A stretch of DNA of 61,786 nt, taken from positions 1 through 61,786 of the forward strand of contig CAJOPC010000019.1 in assembly GCA_905236245.1 (NCBI GenBank). The letters are read 5' to 3'. The notes under the pieces were generated by a model. That model was not told where the DNA came from and made no database searches. It saw only the letters and a list, made by a program, of their open reading frames with translations. Made by a program: the position numbers and the translations under genes. Source of the stretch: an uncultured Alphaproteobacteria bacterium. GTDB lineage: Bacteria; Pseudomonadota; Alphaproteobacteria; CAAHEQ01; UBA3637. This document shows positions 53,366 through 61,786 of the stretch, piece by piece. The number at the start of each line of letters is the position of its first letter. Positions within the stretch are counted from its first letter, which is position 1.

Positions 53366-53580
53366 AAAAGTTAGTTTTTTGGATCGTTGTTATTGCTATT
53401 TTTGTGGCATTAGCTTTGCCATTTTTGTTGCCTTCATATAGTGCGGGATGTACCGTTGATCTATTGAATTGTGTTGAGGCGGGAAAAAACGATAATATTT
53501 TTAAGCAATTAGGCCAACACCTTCTTTGTGTTTATCATAATGTTGTCTGTGTTCTAGGAGGTTTGTTTTCATGGGTGTAA
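53362..53580 (+). CDS. small membrane protein (hypothetical)
   Basis: 72 aa with TM helix LVFWIVVIAIFVALALPFLL. It overlaps ptsP and glk and so appears coupled to them. Confidence 0.4.
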   Translation: MKKLVFWIVVIAIFVALALPFLLPSYSAGCTVDLLNCVEAGKNDNIFKQLGQHLLCVYHNVVCVLGGLFSWV

Positions 53581-54431
53581 TTTTGGCTGATATAGGCGCG
53601 ACAAATGCTCGTTTTTGTGTTTTGCAAAACGGACATTTATCGGAGGTATATCAGTTTGTGTGTGATGATTTTGCAAACCCATATCAATTAATTGATAGTT
53701 TTATCCACCTATATGGCAAGGTTGAGGATTATATGTTGATTGGAGCACCAGGGGCGGTTGTGAAAAATCGGGTAAAGTGGACAAATCGAAAATGGCATTT
53801 AGACGGAACTTTGTTAAAGAAAAAATTAAAACTTAAACAAGTTGTTTTATTGAATGATGTTGAAGCTCAAGGCCATGCTTTGCCACTTTTAACAAAAAAG
53901 GATTTTGCTTTTTTACAAAAAAGAAAGTTGGGGCAGGGACCTCAGATTTTAGTAAATATTGGAACCGGGCTTGGAGCTTGTTTTCGTATTGGAAACTCAG
54001 TTTTTGCAACTGAATATGGGCAAAATATAGTTGCAAATGGTCAAAATATTGAATCATTAGTGTCTGGACCAGCTTTTAAACATTTGTATGGTTCTATATC
54101 AAAGCAAAAAGGGAGTGTCCCGTCAGTTCAAATTACCGAAAGATATTTTAAGGGAGATCGTGCTGCTCAAAAGACATACCAGCAATTTTATCTTGAATTT
54201 TCAAAATGTTTGATGAATTTAGCCCTGACAATTAAGGCAACAGGCGGTGTATTTATTGCAGGCGGTGTTTTGAATGAAACCTCTTTGAAGAAAATGCGAT
54301 TTACTCAGTCATTTGTTAAGCATCCGACAATGAAACATCTTTTGAAAGAAATGCCGTTATGCTATATAAAACAAAGACATTTCGCCTTTATTGGTCTGAA
54401 AGCGTTAGCGCAAGAATACGGTTGGTCATAG
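53571..54431 (+). CDS. glk: glucokinase
   Basis: ADIGATNARF and VLLNDVEAQGHAL. At 286 aa it is somewhat short for Glk. Confidence 0.75.
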   Translation: MGVILADIGATNARFCVLQNGHLSEVYQFVCDDFANPYQLIDSFIHLYGKVEDYMLIGAPGAVVKNRVKWTNRKWHLDGTLLKKKLKLKQVVLLNDVEAQGHALPLLTKKDFAFLQKRKLGQGPQILVNIGTGLGACFRIGNSVFATEYGQNIVANGQNIESLVSGPAFKHLYGSISKQKGSVPSVQITERYFKGDRAAQKTYQQFYLEFSKCLMNLALTIKATGGVFIAGGVLNETSLKKMRFTQSFVKHPTMKHLLKEMPLCYIKQRHFAFIGLKALAQEYGWS

Positions 54432-54789
54432 CACTAAAACCATTGCGGCGCGAAGGGGATAAATGTTCTTGTAAACCTAGTTGGTTAAAAATGGATACGA
54501 TATCCAGTTGTTGAATTTCCTTTGCGGTTTTTCCGTTAATTAAAATAAGCAAAATGGCTTCTAAACCGCGAACAATATGGGCATCACTAGTCGCCTGAAA
54601 ATAAAATTTTTCTCCTTCTTTGTGATGGGTAATCCACACTTGAGATTGACAGCCTTCAACCTTGTGTTGATCGTTTTTGTCCTTTTTGGGAAATGGTTCC
54701 ATTTTATCGCCCAGCTCAATAAGATAGCGATATTTGTCCTCCCAATCCGTAAATAAAGAAAAATTTTCCATGAGTTCTTGCGGTGTCAT
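54388..54789 (-). CDS. sufE: SufE-family sulfur acceptor
   Basis: ATG at 54789 with SD AAAGGA. VEGCQSQVW motif. The track ORF running to 55113 is an over-extension. Confidence 0.85.
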   Translation of the reverse strand: MTPQELMENFSLFTDWEDKYRYLIELGDKMEPFPKKDKNDQHKVEGCQSQVWITHHKEGEKFYFQATSDAHIVRGLEAILLILINGKTAKEIQQLDIVSIFNQLGLQEHLSPSRRNGFSAMTNRILALTLSDQ

Positions 54790-54847
54790 AATGATCCTTT
54801 CAAAAAAAGAATAGCTTTTTAATTTATTTTGTGTTATACTAGCGCAA

Positions 54848-55513
54848 ATGAAATGGGAAATCAAGCAATTTAATTCTTTAGAAAGCACAAACACAACGGC
54901 TCGGTCATATGAGCCAGGAACTGTTATTGTGGCGGAAGAACAAACGGCAGGTCGTGGTAGATATGGCCGTGTTTGGCAAAGTCCAAAGGGTAATTTATAT
55001 GCTTCATTTGTGTTCCCAAAAAACAAAGAATATGATAAGTATTTGTCATTTTTGACCGGGCTTGCCTTGGCGGAAAGTTTGCCTGAATTTAGTGTGCACT
55101 TAAAATGGCCCAACGATGTTTTGTTGGATGGGAAAAAGGTCGCTGGTATTTTGTTAGAATCTGGGGATGATAAAATTATTGTTGGAATAGGTGTTAATTT
55201 AATTAGTAATCCAGTTAAAAATGTATTATATCCGACAACTAATTTAGGTGGGCGTTTAAGCCCGATGGCTTTGGTGAAACGCTTGATTATTCAATACACC
55301 GCTTTGCAAAATGTTTTGGAACAAAAGGGATTTGATAAAATACGAAGGCGGTGGTTAGATTTAGCTGAAGGCTTGGGAGAGGTTATATCTGTCCATTTGC
55401 CGGACAAAGAATTGGTAGGTGTTTTTAAGGATATTTCCGATGAGGGTGCATTGATATTAAAAACCGAAAAAGGTAAGCATTCCATCATGGCAGGAGATGT
55501 ATTTTTAATTTAA
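54848..55513 (+). CDS. birA: biotin-[acetyl-CoA-carboxylase] ligase (no HTH domain)
   Basis: GRGRYGRVWQSPKGNLYAS and KWPNDVLLDGKKVAGILLE. Confidence 0.85.
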   Translation: MKWEIKQFNSLESTNTTARSYEPGTVIVAEEQTAGRGRYGRVWQSPKGNLYASFVFPKNKEYDKYLSFLTGLALAESLPEFSVHLKWPNDVLLDGKKVAGILLESGDDKIIVGIGVNLISNPVKNVLYPTTNLGGRLSPMALVKRLIIQYTALQNVLEQKGFDKIRRRWLDLAEGLGEVISVHLPDKELVGVFKDISDEGALILKTEKGKHSIMAGDVFLI

Positions 55514-55543
55514 ATTATAACTTTAATATGAAAGAATAACATT

Positions 55544-57232
55544 ATGAATACAAATGATAATATTGAAAATGATATAGTTGTTCCAACAGATCAGTTGGTT
55601 TTTATTCCATTAGGTGGAGCAACAGGAATTGGGATGAATTTTTTTGCCTATGGATACCAAGGTAAATGGTTGATAGTTGATTGTGGTTTGGGTTTCCCCG
55701 GGGAAAATTTGCCGGGTATAGATTGCCTTTTGCCGGATCCAAAATTTTTGGCCAGTAGAAAATCCGATATCGTGGGGATGGTTATTACACATGCTCATGA
55801 AGATCATATTGGCGCAATCGGTTATTTGTGGCACGATTTGCAATGCCCAATTTATTGCACCGCCTTTGCTAATGAATTAGTTGAATCCAAACTTGATGAA
55901 ATGGGACTTTTGGGGCGCGCGGATACGCATGTTGTTTCCAGCGGAGATATTATAACATTGGGCCCGTTTGAGGTTGAATTTATTCGGATGAATCATTCGT
56001 TGCCGGAACCAAATGCTTTAGCTATTCACACAAAAGCAGGTTTGGTCGTTCACACAGGCGATTGGCGTTTAGATAATGATCCAGTTTTGGGGCAGGAGCC
56101 AGATTTAAAAGCCTTAAAAGCTTTGGGTGATGAAGGCGTTTTGGCGCTAGTTTGTGATTCTACGAATGCTTCCGGTGAACATCAAGCAGGAACAGAAGAA
56201 GATGTTCGTAAAACCTTAACAGAGGTTATCGGAAAATATCCGAATGTGCAGATAGCTGTTGGTTGTTTTGCAAGTAATGTCGCACGTGTTGAAAGCATTT
56301 ATGAGGCGGCAAAAGCAAATGGGCGAGATGTTTGTTTGTTGGGGCGTAGTTTGTGGCGTATTGATGCCGCCGCACGCGCCACAGGGTATTTAAAAGATGT
56401 GCCTGAATTTTTATCAGAAGAAGAAGCTTTAGAGCGGCCAAGAGGATCTGTTCTATACATTTGCACCGGTTCTCAAGGTGAATCTTATTCTGCATTAAAT
56501 AATTTAGCCGCTGTTACGCCAAACAAGAATAGTGTTTATTTTGGTGCTGATGATGTTGTTATTTTTTCTTCTCGAGTGATCCCAGGCAATGAGAAAGCTA
56601 TTGCTTTGTTGCAAAAGCGTTTGGCTGCTAAGGGTATTGTGATTGTCACGGATAAAGATGCATTAGTCCATGTGTCCGGACATTATGCTGGTGAAGAATT
56701 AAAACAGTTATATGAGATGTTGAAACCTCAAATAGCTTTGCCTGTCCATGGGGAAACTTTGGAGTTGACTTATCACAGCAATATGGCTAAAAAGTATGGT
56801 GTCCCGCATGTTTATTGTTTAGAGGATGGAGAAGCTATTGCATTAAATGCAGAAGCTCCTGAAATTTTAGGCGAAGTCCCGTCCGGTATTTTGGCTGTAG
56901 ATGGTAAGCAAATTATTCCATTGAATGCAGAAGTGATTAAAAAACGGCGCAAAATGATGGATGAAGGTTCCGCAGTTTTGACATTGGTTATTGATAAAGA
57001 TGGCCATGTTTTGGGAACGCCACAGTTATCCACCTTTGGGCTGCTTGCTTCTGATAGCGCAGATCAAGAGGAGTTATTGGAGCGCATTACACATGCTATG
57101 GCAGAAATTGACCCAAGTCGTTTAGATGATGATACTTTAATTAAAGATACAATGAAACATACAATTCGGCAATTTTTAAACGAAAAATATGGGAAAAAAC
57201 CTTTAATGGATGTCCATTTAATTCGTGTTTAA
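55544..57232 (+). CDS. rnj: ribonuclease J
   Basis: Metallo-beta-lactamase motif THAHEDHIGA with a beta-CASP domain. 562 aa. Confidence 0.9.
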   Translation: MNTNDNIENDIVVPTDQLVFIPLGGATGIGMNFFAYGYQGKWLIVDCGLGFPGENLPGIDCLLPDPKFLASRKSDIVGMVITHAHEDHIGAIGYLWHDLQCPIYCTAFANELVESKLDEMGLLGRADTHVVSSGDIITLGPFEVEFIRMNHSLPEPNALAIHTKAGLVVHTGDWRLDNDPVLGQEPDLKALKALGDEGVLALVCDSTNASGEHQAGTEEDVRKTLTEVIGKYPNVQIAVGCFASNVARVESIYEAAKANGRDVCLLGRSLWRIDAAARATGYLKDVPEFLSEEEALERPRGSVLYICTGSQGESYSALNNLAAVTPNKNSVYFGADDVVIFSSRVIPGNEKAIALLQKRLAAKGIVIVTDKDALVHVSGHYAGEELKQLYEMLKPQIALPVHGETLELTYHSNMAKKYGVPHVYCLEDGEAIALNAEAPEILGEVPSGILAVDGKQIIPLNAEVIKKRRKMMDEGSAVLTLVIDKDGHVLGTPQLSTFGLLASDSADQEELLERITHAMAEIDPSRLDDDTLIKDTMKHTIRQFLNEKYGKKPLMDVHLIRV

Positions 57233-57377
57233 TGCCTCCTATGAGTAAATACTTTAAAAAAAGTGATTTCGGCTATTGCAATTTATATGTCAATTTGGTA
57301 TAATTTAGCTCAGCATATTTGGGGGAGTGCTAGGGTTTAAGTGTTTTGTGGTTCCCTATACGAAAGGAAGAAAAAGG

Positions 57378-58271
57378 ATGCCAGTTATTTCAAAACAAAA
57401 AATTACACCGCGGGCAAAGACATTGCGCGTAAAAAAGCCGAATACACGCGAAGATTTGATGATTGCAGCATTGTCGCCAATTTTAAACGTTATGGTAAAT
57501 GCGGTGCGCCGTGTCGGACAAAATATTATTCATGATTTTAGGGAAGTTTCAAATTTGCAAATCAGTGAGAAGGGGCCTGGTGATTTTGTTTCCAATGCTG
57601 ATTTATATTCAGAACGGAAACTGATAGAGTTATTACATGATGCTCGGCCCGATTACGCTTTTTTGTCTGAAGAATGTGGTTTTGTCCCCGGGGCCAAAGG
57701 ATGTGATTACTGCTTTGTATTGGATCCTATTGATGGCACAAAGAATTTTATTCATGCCTTGCCGTTGTTTTGTATTTCTGTTGCACTGAAAAAAGGAAAA
57801 GATGTTGTCGCTGGGGTTGTGTTTAATCCTGTGGCGAATGAATTGTATTATGCAGAGAAAGGTAAAGGCGCTTTCTTAATGACTCCGACGGGTAATATGC
57901 GTTTGCGTGTTTCTGGTCGGCGTAAATTAAAACAATGTCTATTGGCTTCTAATGGTTATGCATTTGATCGGACCAGAACAGCATTGGCCCCGCTTGCTGA
58001 TGAATTTAGTGGTTCTCGTTATTTTGGAACAAGTGCTTTGACTATGGCTATGGTGGCTGCGGGTCAAGTGGATGTGCAGATTGAATTCCGATTTCATGAA
58101 TGGGATATTGCTGCGACCTATTTGTTGATTCAAGAGGCTGGTGGTAAGGTGTCTACACTGGATGGCAAAACTAGTTTGGAGGATATTGTAAATTCTTCTA
58201 CTTTGTTGGCGGCATCTCCTTTTATTCATGCAAAAGTATTGCCTAAGATGGTAAAAAGTTTCGCAAAATAA
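57378..58271 (+). CDS. suhB: inositol monophosphatase family protein
   Basis: LDPIDGTKNF and HEWDIAA. ATG at 57378 follows GAAAGGAAGAAAAAGG. There is a basic N-terminal extension before the usual SPILNVMVNA start. Confidence 0.8.
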   Translation: MPVISKQKITPRAKTLRVKKPNTREDLMIAALSPILNVMVNAVRRVGQNIIHDFREVSNLQISEKGPGDFVSNADLYSERKLIELLHDARPDYAFLSEECGFVPGAKGCDYCFVLDPIDGTKNFIHALPLFCISVALKKGKDVVAGVVFNPVANELYYAEKGKGAFLMTPTGNMRLRVSGRRKLKQCLLASNGYAFDRTRTALAPLADEFSGSRYFGTSALTMAMVAAGQVDVQIEFRFHEWDIAATYLLIQEAGGKVSTLDGKTSLEDIVNSSTLLAASPFIHAKVLPKMVKSFAK

Positions 58272-58340
58272 AAAAGTTCTTGATTTTTAGTTCAAAATAG
58301 TGTATAAATATGGCACAATTTATTTAAGCAGGAGAGAAAA

Positions 58341-58568
58341 ATGAAAGAGAATATTCATCCAGACTACCACAAAATTAAAGTTGTGATGACAGATGGGACA
58401 ACTTTTGAGACACGTTCTACTATGGGAAAAGAAGGCGATACGGTTCGTTTAGATATTGATCCGGCCTCTCATCCCGCTTGGACTGGTGTGTATCGTTTAA
58501 TTGATACTGGTGGACAATTGTCCAAGTTTAACAAGAAATTTGCTGGCTTTACAAAGAAATCTTCGTAA
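58341..58568 (+). CDS. rpmE: 50S ribosomal protein L31
   Basis: [19 protein letters not shown]...HPAWTG. Confidence 0.95.
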   Translation: MKENIHPDYHKIKVVMTDGTTFETRSTMGKEGDTVRLDIDPASHPAWTGVYRLIDTGGQLSKFNKKFAGFTKKSS

Positions 58569-58588
58569 TAGTCGGATTTTAAAAGAGT

Positions 58589-58614
58589 AGGGCGGTTATA
58601 TCCGTCCTTTCTTT
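58589..58614 (+). terminator. rho-independent terminator after rpmE
   Basis: AGGGCGG-ttatat-CCGTCCT (one G-U pair) followed by TTTCTTTT. Confidence 0.5.
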
Positions 58615-58690
58615 TGGGGTGTCGCCAAGTGGTAAGGCAGCGGATTCTGATTCCGCCATTTCGTTGGTTCGAATCCAGCCACCCCAGCCA
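58615..58690 (+). tRNA. tRNA-Gln (CTG)
   Basis: Acceptor stem TGGGGTG/CACCCCA, discriminator G, CCA. Anticodon stem GCGGA/TCCGC with loop TTCTGAT. Confidence 0.9.
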
Positions 58691-58697
58691 AATAAAA

Positions 58698-60407
58698 ATG
58701 CTTGTTTATCAAGCGCTTATAAAAAGGATTCCACAGGACTTGTTGGAGTCCTTTATTTTTGAAAAATCTAACAATATCAATAACTTACAAAAAGTGGTCC
58801 CATCCAAAACCTCTTCTGAATCACACAATGCCAAAATGTGTGATGCAAAATGTGATGCGATTGAAAGGTGGTCCGAGCCATTTTTATGGTTGCGAAATAA
58901 TGTTTTTTATTGTAGAATGGAATTACCACGTGTGAATGGCAAAAGAAGGTACAAGCGCTTTTCTCTTCATACAAGCAACTATTATGAGGCAAGGACTTTA
59001 ATGGAAAAACAAAAACAATTAGCCAAAGATCTTCAGGAATTACGCCAATTATTTAGTCAGTTGGATTTTATAGAACCAGATCCACCCCAATTCCAGACCT
59101 CTGGAAAGGGCACTTCTGATATACATTTTATAACGCTAAATGGCGAGGTGATAAAAACTTTATCTTCATTAAATCCAAAGTCTTTACTAGAAAAAGTTTG
59201 GAATCTTTATCAACGTGTCAAAGCCAGCAAAAATCAACTTTCTAAAGAAGATTTACGCATTTTAAACATTATTCAAGCAAACCAAAAACAATTTTTAGGG
59301 CAATTAAGTTCTGTTTTACAAGAAACCATTGCTCAGGCAGTCGGACCTTTGCAACAACAATTGATGGCTGTTAATCCACCACAACAAGGACCGCCACCTC
59401 ATCCGATTCACGAAGTTTTGAATACCATGTTATTAAAAGGAAATAACTGTAAATCCGAACAAACCAAAAAAAGAAACATAATACAAATGCTTCTGGGTAA
59501 GGTCAATATTACTGTCATGGATGATTATTCAAAATTTCATCATTCTGCTAATATTGAAAAAATTGCTACTTATATCAAGGACAGAACAGATATTAAGGGT
59601 GACAGTAAACGCAAACATTTAAGATATATTAAAGAGTTTGTGACCTGTGCTTGTAACCTAGAACCGGATTATTTTAAATTAAATGTGATTGCCAATTTGC
59701 CTCGTATTGAAAGGACAAAAAAAGCAGAAAAGAATCCGCATATACCTTATACTGAAGAGGAATTGCTTACCATCTTTGATCCGAAGCGTGACTTTTTCAA
59801 AGATAACCCGGATTATTTTTGGGTATGTATGGTTGCCTTATTTACAGGAGCCAGACAAAATGCAGCTTTCACATTACAATATGATGATGTGGCGATACAA
59901 GAGGGGTTAAATTGTATACACTTTATAGAAAATCATCCCATAAAAGAACTAAAGAATGATGCGTCCGAACGCTTTGTGCCTATTCATGAACAACTTTTAG
60001 ACTTAGGTTTTTTGGATTATATTAAACGTAAAAGGTCTAAATCCAAAGCAAAAGGTACTGACTTTATCTTTCCAAAATGTCAGACAAAAAACGGTACATA
60101 TAATCCTAAACCATTTACACGTGAATTCCCTGAGTTTTTAAAAAATATTGGTGTTAAAAGCAAAGTAGGACAGGATAAACATGATTTTCACTCTTTCAGA
60201 AAAAATGCAAACCAGGCAATGAGAAAAGCCATTATGGATAAAAGTTATGTGAATGATGTGATTGGCTGGACCGGAGACAACATAGCAGAACAAGCATACT
60301 GTAATCACAATTTGGCGCAAATTAAAGAGCAACTGGACAAATTTGAATATGATTTTCTGAAACCCCATTTCGCCGAATGGAAAAAAATTATGGCAAAAAA
60401 ATCCTGA
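58698..60407 (+). CDS. tyrosine-type site-specific integrase
   Basis: Catalytic residues ALFTGARQNA (R), HDFHSFRKN (HxxR) and AYCNH (Y). N-terminal arm-like FYCRMELPRVNGKRRYKRFSL. The track ORF begins inside the tRNA. The real start is the ATG at 58698 or 58836; neither has a clear SD. Confidence 0.85.
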   Translation: MLVYQALIKRIPQDLLESFIFEKSNNINNLQKVVPSKTSSESHNAKMCDAKCDAIERWSEPFLWLRNNVFYCRMELPRVNGKRRYKRFSLHTSNYYEARTLMEKQKQLAKDLQELRQLFSQLDFIEPDPPQFQTSGKGTSDIHFITLNGEVIKTLSSLNPKSLLEKVWNLYQRVKASKNQLSKEDLRILNIIQANQKQFLGQLSSVLQETIAQAVGPLQQQLMAVNPPQQGPPPHPIHEVLNTMLLKGNNCKSEQTKKRNIIQMLLGKVNITVMDDYSKFHHSANIEKIATYIKDRTDIKGDSKRKHLRYIKEFVTCACNLEPDYFKLNVIANLPRIERTKKAEKNPHIPYTEEELLTIFDPKRDFFKDNPDYFWVCMVALFTGARQNAAFTLQYDDVAIQEGLNCIHFIENHPIKELKNDASERFVPIHEQLLDLGFLDYIKRKRSKSKAKGTDFIFPKCQTKNGTYNPKPFTREFPEFLKNIGVKSKVGQDKHDFHSFRKNANQAMRKAIMDKSYVNDVIGWTGDNIAEQAYCNHNLAQIKEQLDKFEYDFLKPHFAEWKKIMAKKS

Positions 60408-60475
60408 TTTGGCGCCTTTTAATAGGCAGTTAAATTCAATTGGAATGAGTCTTTTTTAGTGCAAAGATAGATCCG

Positions 60476-60808
60476 TTATTTCTTTGGATAAGGTTGAACA
60501 TCTTCATTAAGATAATATGTTCCGTTTTTACCTTTAACCTTCTTGATATTGAACTTATTTTGAGAAGCTAATGCAAGCATTTTATTCATAATTTGGATGG
60601 CTGTCTTTTTTCTTGCCCTATGTCTCAAAACAAAAAAACGGTGATAAGCCACGGTTATTTGATCTATGTTTAATTCTTGATAACCTTCTTTCTTTGCTTT
60701 GATAAATAATTCATGTAAACAAATGCCAAAAGTATCCTGTCTTCCTCGGCTAATCTTTAATTCTTCACCAATATCTGAAACATCGTCAATATCAAATATG
60801 CTTTTCAT
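60476..60808 (-). CDS. hypothetical island protein (possible small regulator)
   Basis: ATG at 60808 with SD GGAG. 110 aa, basic. It is divergent from a consensus-like promoter. Confidence 0.5.
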   Translation of the reverse strand: MKSIFDIDDVSDIGEELKISRGRQDTFGICLHELFIKAKKEGYQELNIDQITVAYHRFFVLRHRARKKTAIQIMNKMLALASQNKFNIKKVKGKNGTYYLNEDVQPYPKK

Positions 60809-60900
60809 TTTTAAACTCCATTTTTGAATCAATAACAGGTACGATTATACACCATAAACAAGAAAAAGACAACAAAAAATTAATTGGATTGATTTTTTTC

Positions 60901-60929
60901 TTGACAAAGAATTTAAAATAGAGTATAAA
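60901..60929 (+). promoter_or_regulatory. sigma70-type promoter
   Basis: TTGACA-17 nt-TATAAA. Confidence 0.5.
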
Positions 60930-60935
60930 ATAGAA

Positions 60936-61104
60936 CGCAAAATTGAACGAAAAAGTGGATTATTATATTGCAAAATAAGCTTTCTTTACGATTCGTTTTA
61001 ATCGAGCAATTAGGATGAAAGGATTAACCATGACATAATTTTACAAGTGAACAAAAAAGGGATGGGTAGTACCAGTACCCATCCCACCGGGACTCGGTTT
61101 TTTG
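60936..61104 (+). ncRNA. candidate ~170-nt small RNA or terminated leader
   Basis: This is a promoter-to-terminator unit whose only ORF is 7 codons long. It ends in the perfect 10-bp hairpin GGGATGGGTA-gtaccag-TACCCATCCC, then ACCG..CGGT and TTTTTT. Confidence 0.35.
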
Positions 61105-61205
61105 AATCCACTAGCAGGCATATTTTACCACATTTTTGGATTTTTGCAAGTTTTTTCCATTCCCGACGCTTTTTAATAATTTATAATTGAAGAAAAGGAA
61201 CGAAA

Positions 61206-61786
61206 ATGTTTATAAATTTTTTTAATAAAGCAAAACAGATGGTCGCAGGATCGGATGTTATTGCAAATCAGGAAGAAGCTACAGTGGCTGATTCCTTTGT
61301 TTCCCCTGATATGGTTTCGCATTTTGTCCAAGATGAGATGCCAAAAGCCACAGATGGGGTAAATGATAATGGTCCCGAATATGATGGGGATCCAGATGGA
61401 AAGGTGGTATCCGTACCACCTCCCTCAATTGACGTGGAGAAGTTGGATGCTGAACAAAAAAGCGCGGAAAGTTCTTTGGCTATGGCTAAAAAGTTCTTAC
61501 CTAAGGAAGAATTTGAATTGGAATATAAAAAGGCGTTTGCTTCGGCTTTAAACTTTTTGAATTATCAGCTTGCACTTGCCCCAAAGCTTGATGCAATTGA
61601 TACCAGCCATATGGGATGTCGGACGGATTTAAAAGATCCTTCTGTTCGTGAACGCACCAAAAAAGAAATTTTATGGGAAGATTATGGATTGAAGGAAAAT
61701 ACTGCCTGGGAAATTCAGCAATTGACACCTGAATTGGTAAAACGGATTGTTAAAAAAGCGGCAAACGAACAGCGTCTTCCCACAAG
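61206..61786 (+). CDS. hypothetical island protein, 3'-truncated by the window edge (not in the ORF track)
   Basis: SD AAAGGAA before the ATG at 61206. My hand translation gives 193 codons with no stop up to the window end (MFINFFNKAKQMVAGSD...). Confidence 0.5.
   Translation, partial: MFINFFNKAKQMVAGSDVIANQEEATVADSFVSPDMVSHFVQDEMPKATDGVNDNGPEYDGDPDGKVVSVPPPSIDVEKLDAEQKSAESSLAMAKKFLPKEEFELEYKKAFASALNFLNYQLALAPKLDAIDTSHMGCRTDLKDPSVRERTKKEILWEDYGLKENTAWEIQQLTPELVKRIVKKAANEQRLPT

Larger units (their letters stand above)
58691..61786 (+). mobile_element. left end of a tRNA-Gln-associated integrative island or prophage (truncated by the window)
   Basis: The integrase lies directly 3' of tRNA-Gln and is followed by orphan genes and a divergent promoter region. 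The right boundary and attR are not in the window. Confidence 0.55.

Noticed and set aside
54790-55113. 108-aa N-terminal extension of the sufE ORF.
   Set aside because: It runs antisense across the birA start and has no homology-like content. A good SD and ATG at 54789 give a canonical 133-aa SufE.
58614-58697. The ORF-track start of the integrase at 58614.
   Set aside because: The first 28 codons are the tRNA-Gln gene itself. The real start must lie downstream, at 58698 or 58836.
61090-61112. TTTGAATCCAC... resembles the tRNA-Gln T-arm and 3' end (TTCGAATCCAGCC), considered as a possible attR.
   Set aside because: Only about 9 contiguous matching nt are present, and it lies 2.4 kb from the tRNA with the integrase still the only mobility gene. 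This is more likely chance, and the T-run belongs to a terminator.

Overview
This is an AT-rich bacterial chromosomal segment (mid/upper-30s % GC by eye) that is densely coding. I saw no rRNA, CRISPR array or transposase. The housekeeping backbone suggests an alphaproteobacterium: dusA, DUF3126, fabD, sufBCDS plus a DUF59/SufT-like gene, a separate sufE, a HemY-like TPR/zinc-ribbon protein, a PpiD-like chaperone, EI-Ntr ptsP, glk, birA, RNase J, suhB, rpmE and five tRNAs that all encode CCA. The many eukaryote-like and secreted repeat proteins suggest a host-associated, possibly protist-associated, lifestyle; that is inference.

Accessory content:
1. A four-gene minus-strand operon (1981-6013) encodes a YD-like repeat protein, two RNI-type LRR proteins and a Cys-rich membrane protein. 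A separate 894-aa Cys-rich secreted protein contains 120-nt tandem modules.
2. A ~13-kb aryl-polyene-type (Ape-like) type II PKS/lipid-export cluster (27478-40531) is split into two divergent operons. This is my best candidate for the system of interest.
3. A LeuA-like synthase lacks the regulatory domain and sits behind a promoter, a Leu/Ile-rich mini-ORF and an intrinsic terminator.
4. A single ~50% GC outer-membrane-protein gene has a long structured leader carrying mini-ORFs.
5. A diverged ~175-190-bp direct repeat, anchored on tRNA-Glu(UUC), brackets one secreted-protein gene.
6. A tyrosine integrase next to tRNA-Gln opens an island that runs off the right edge of the window and includes a promoter-to-terminator unit with no ORF.

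Many ORF-track starts are over-extended (TTG/GTG starts, or reading through tRNAs). I re-called them using SD sequences and the frequent near-consensus TTGACA-17-TATAAT promoters. All homology calls come from motif recognition by eye, not from searches.
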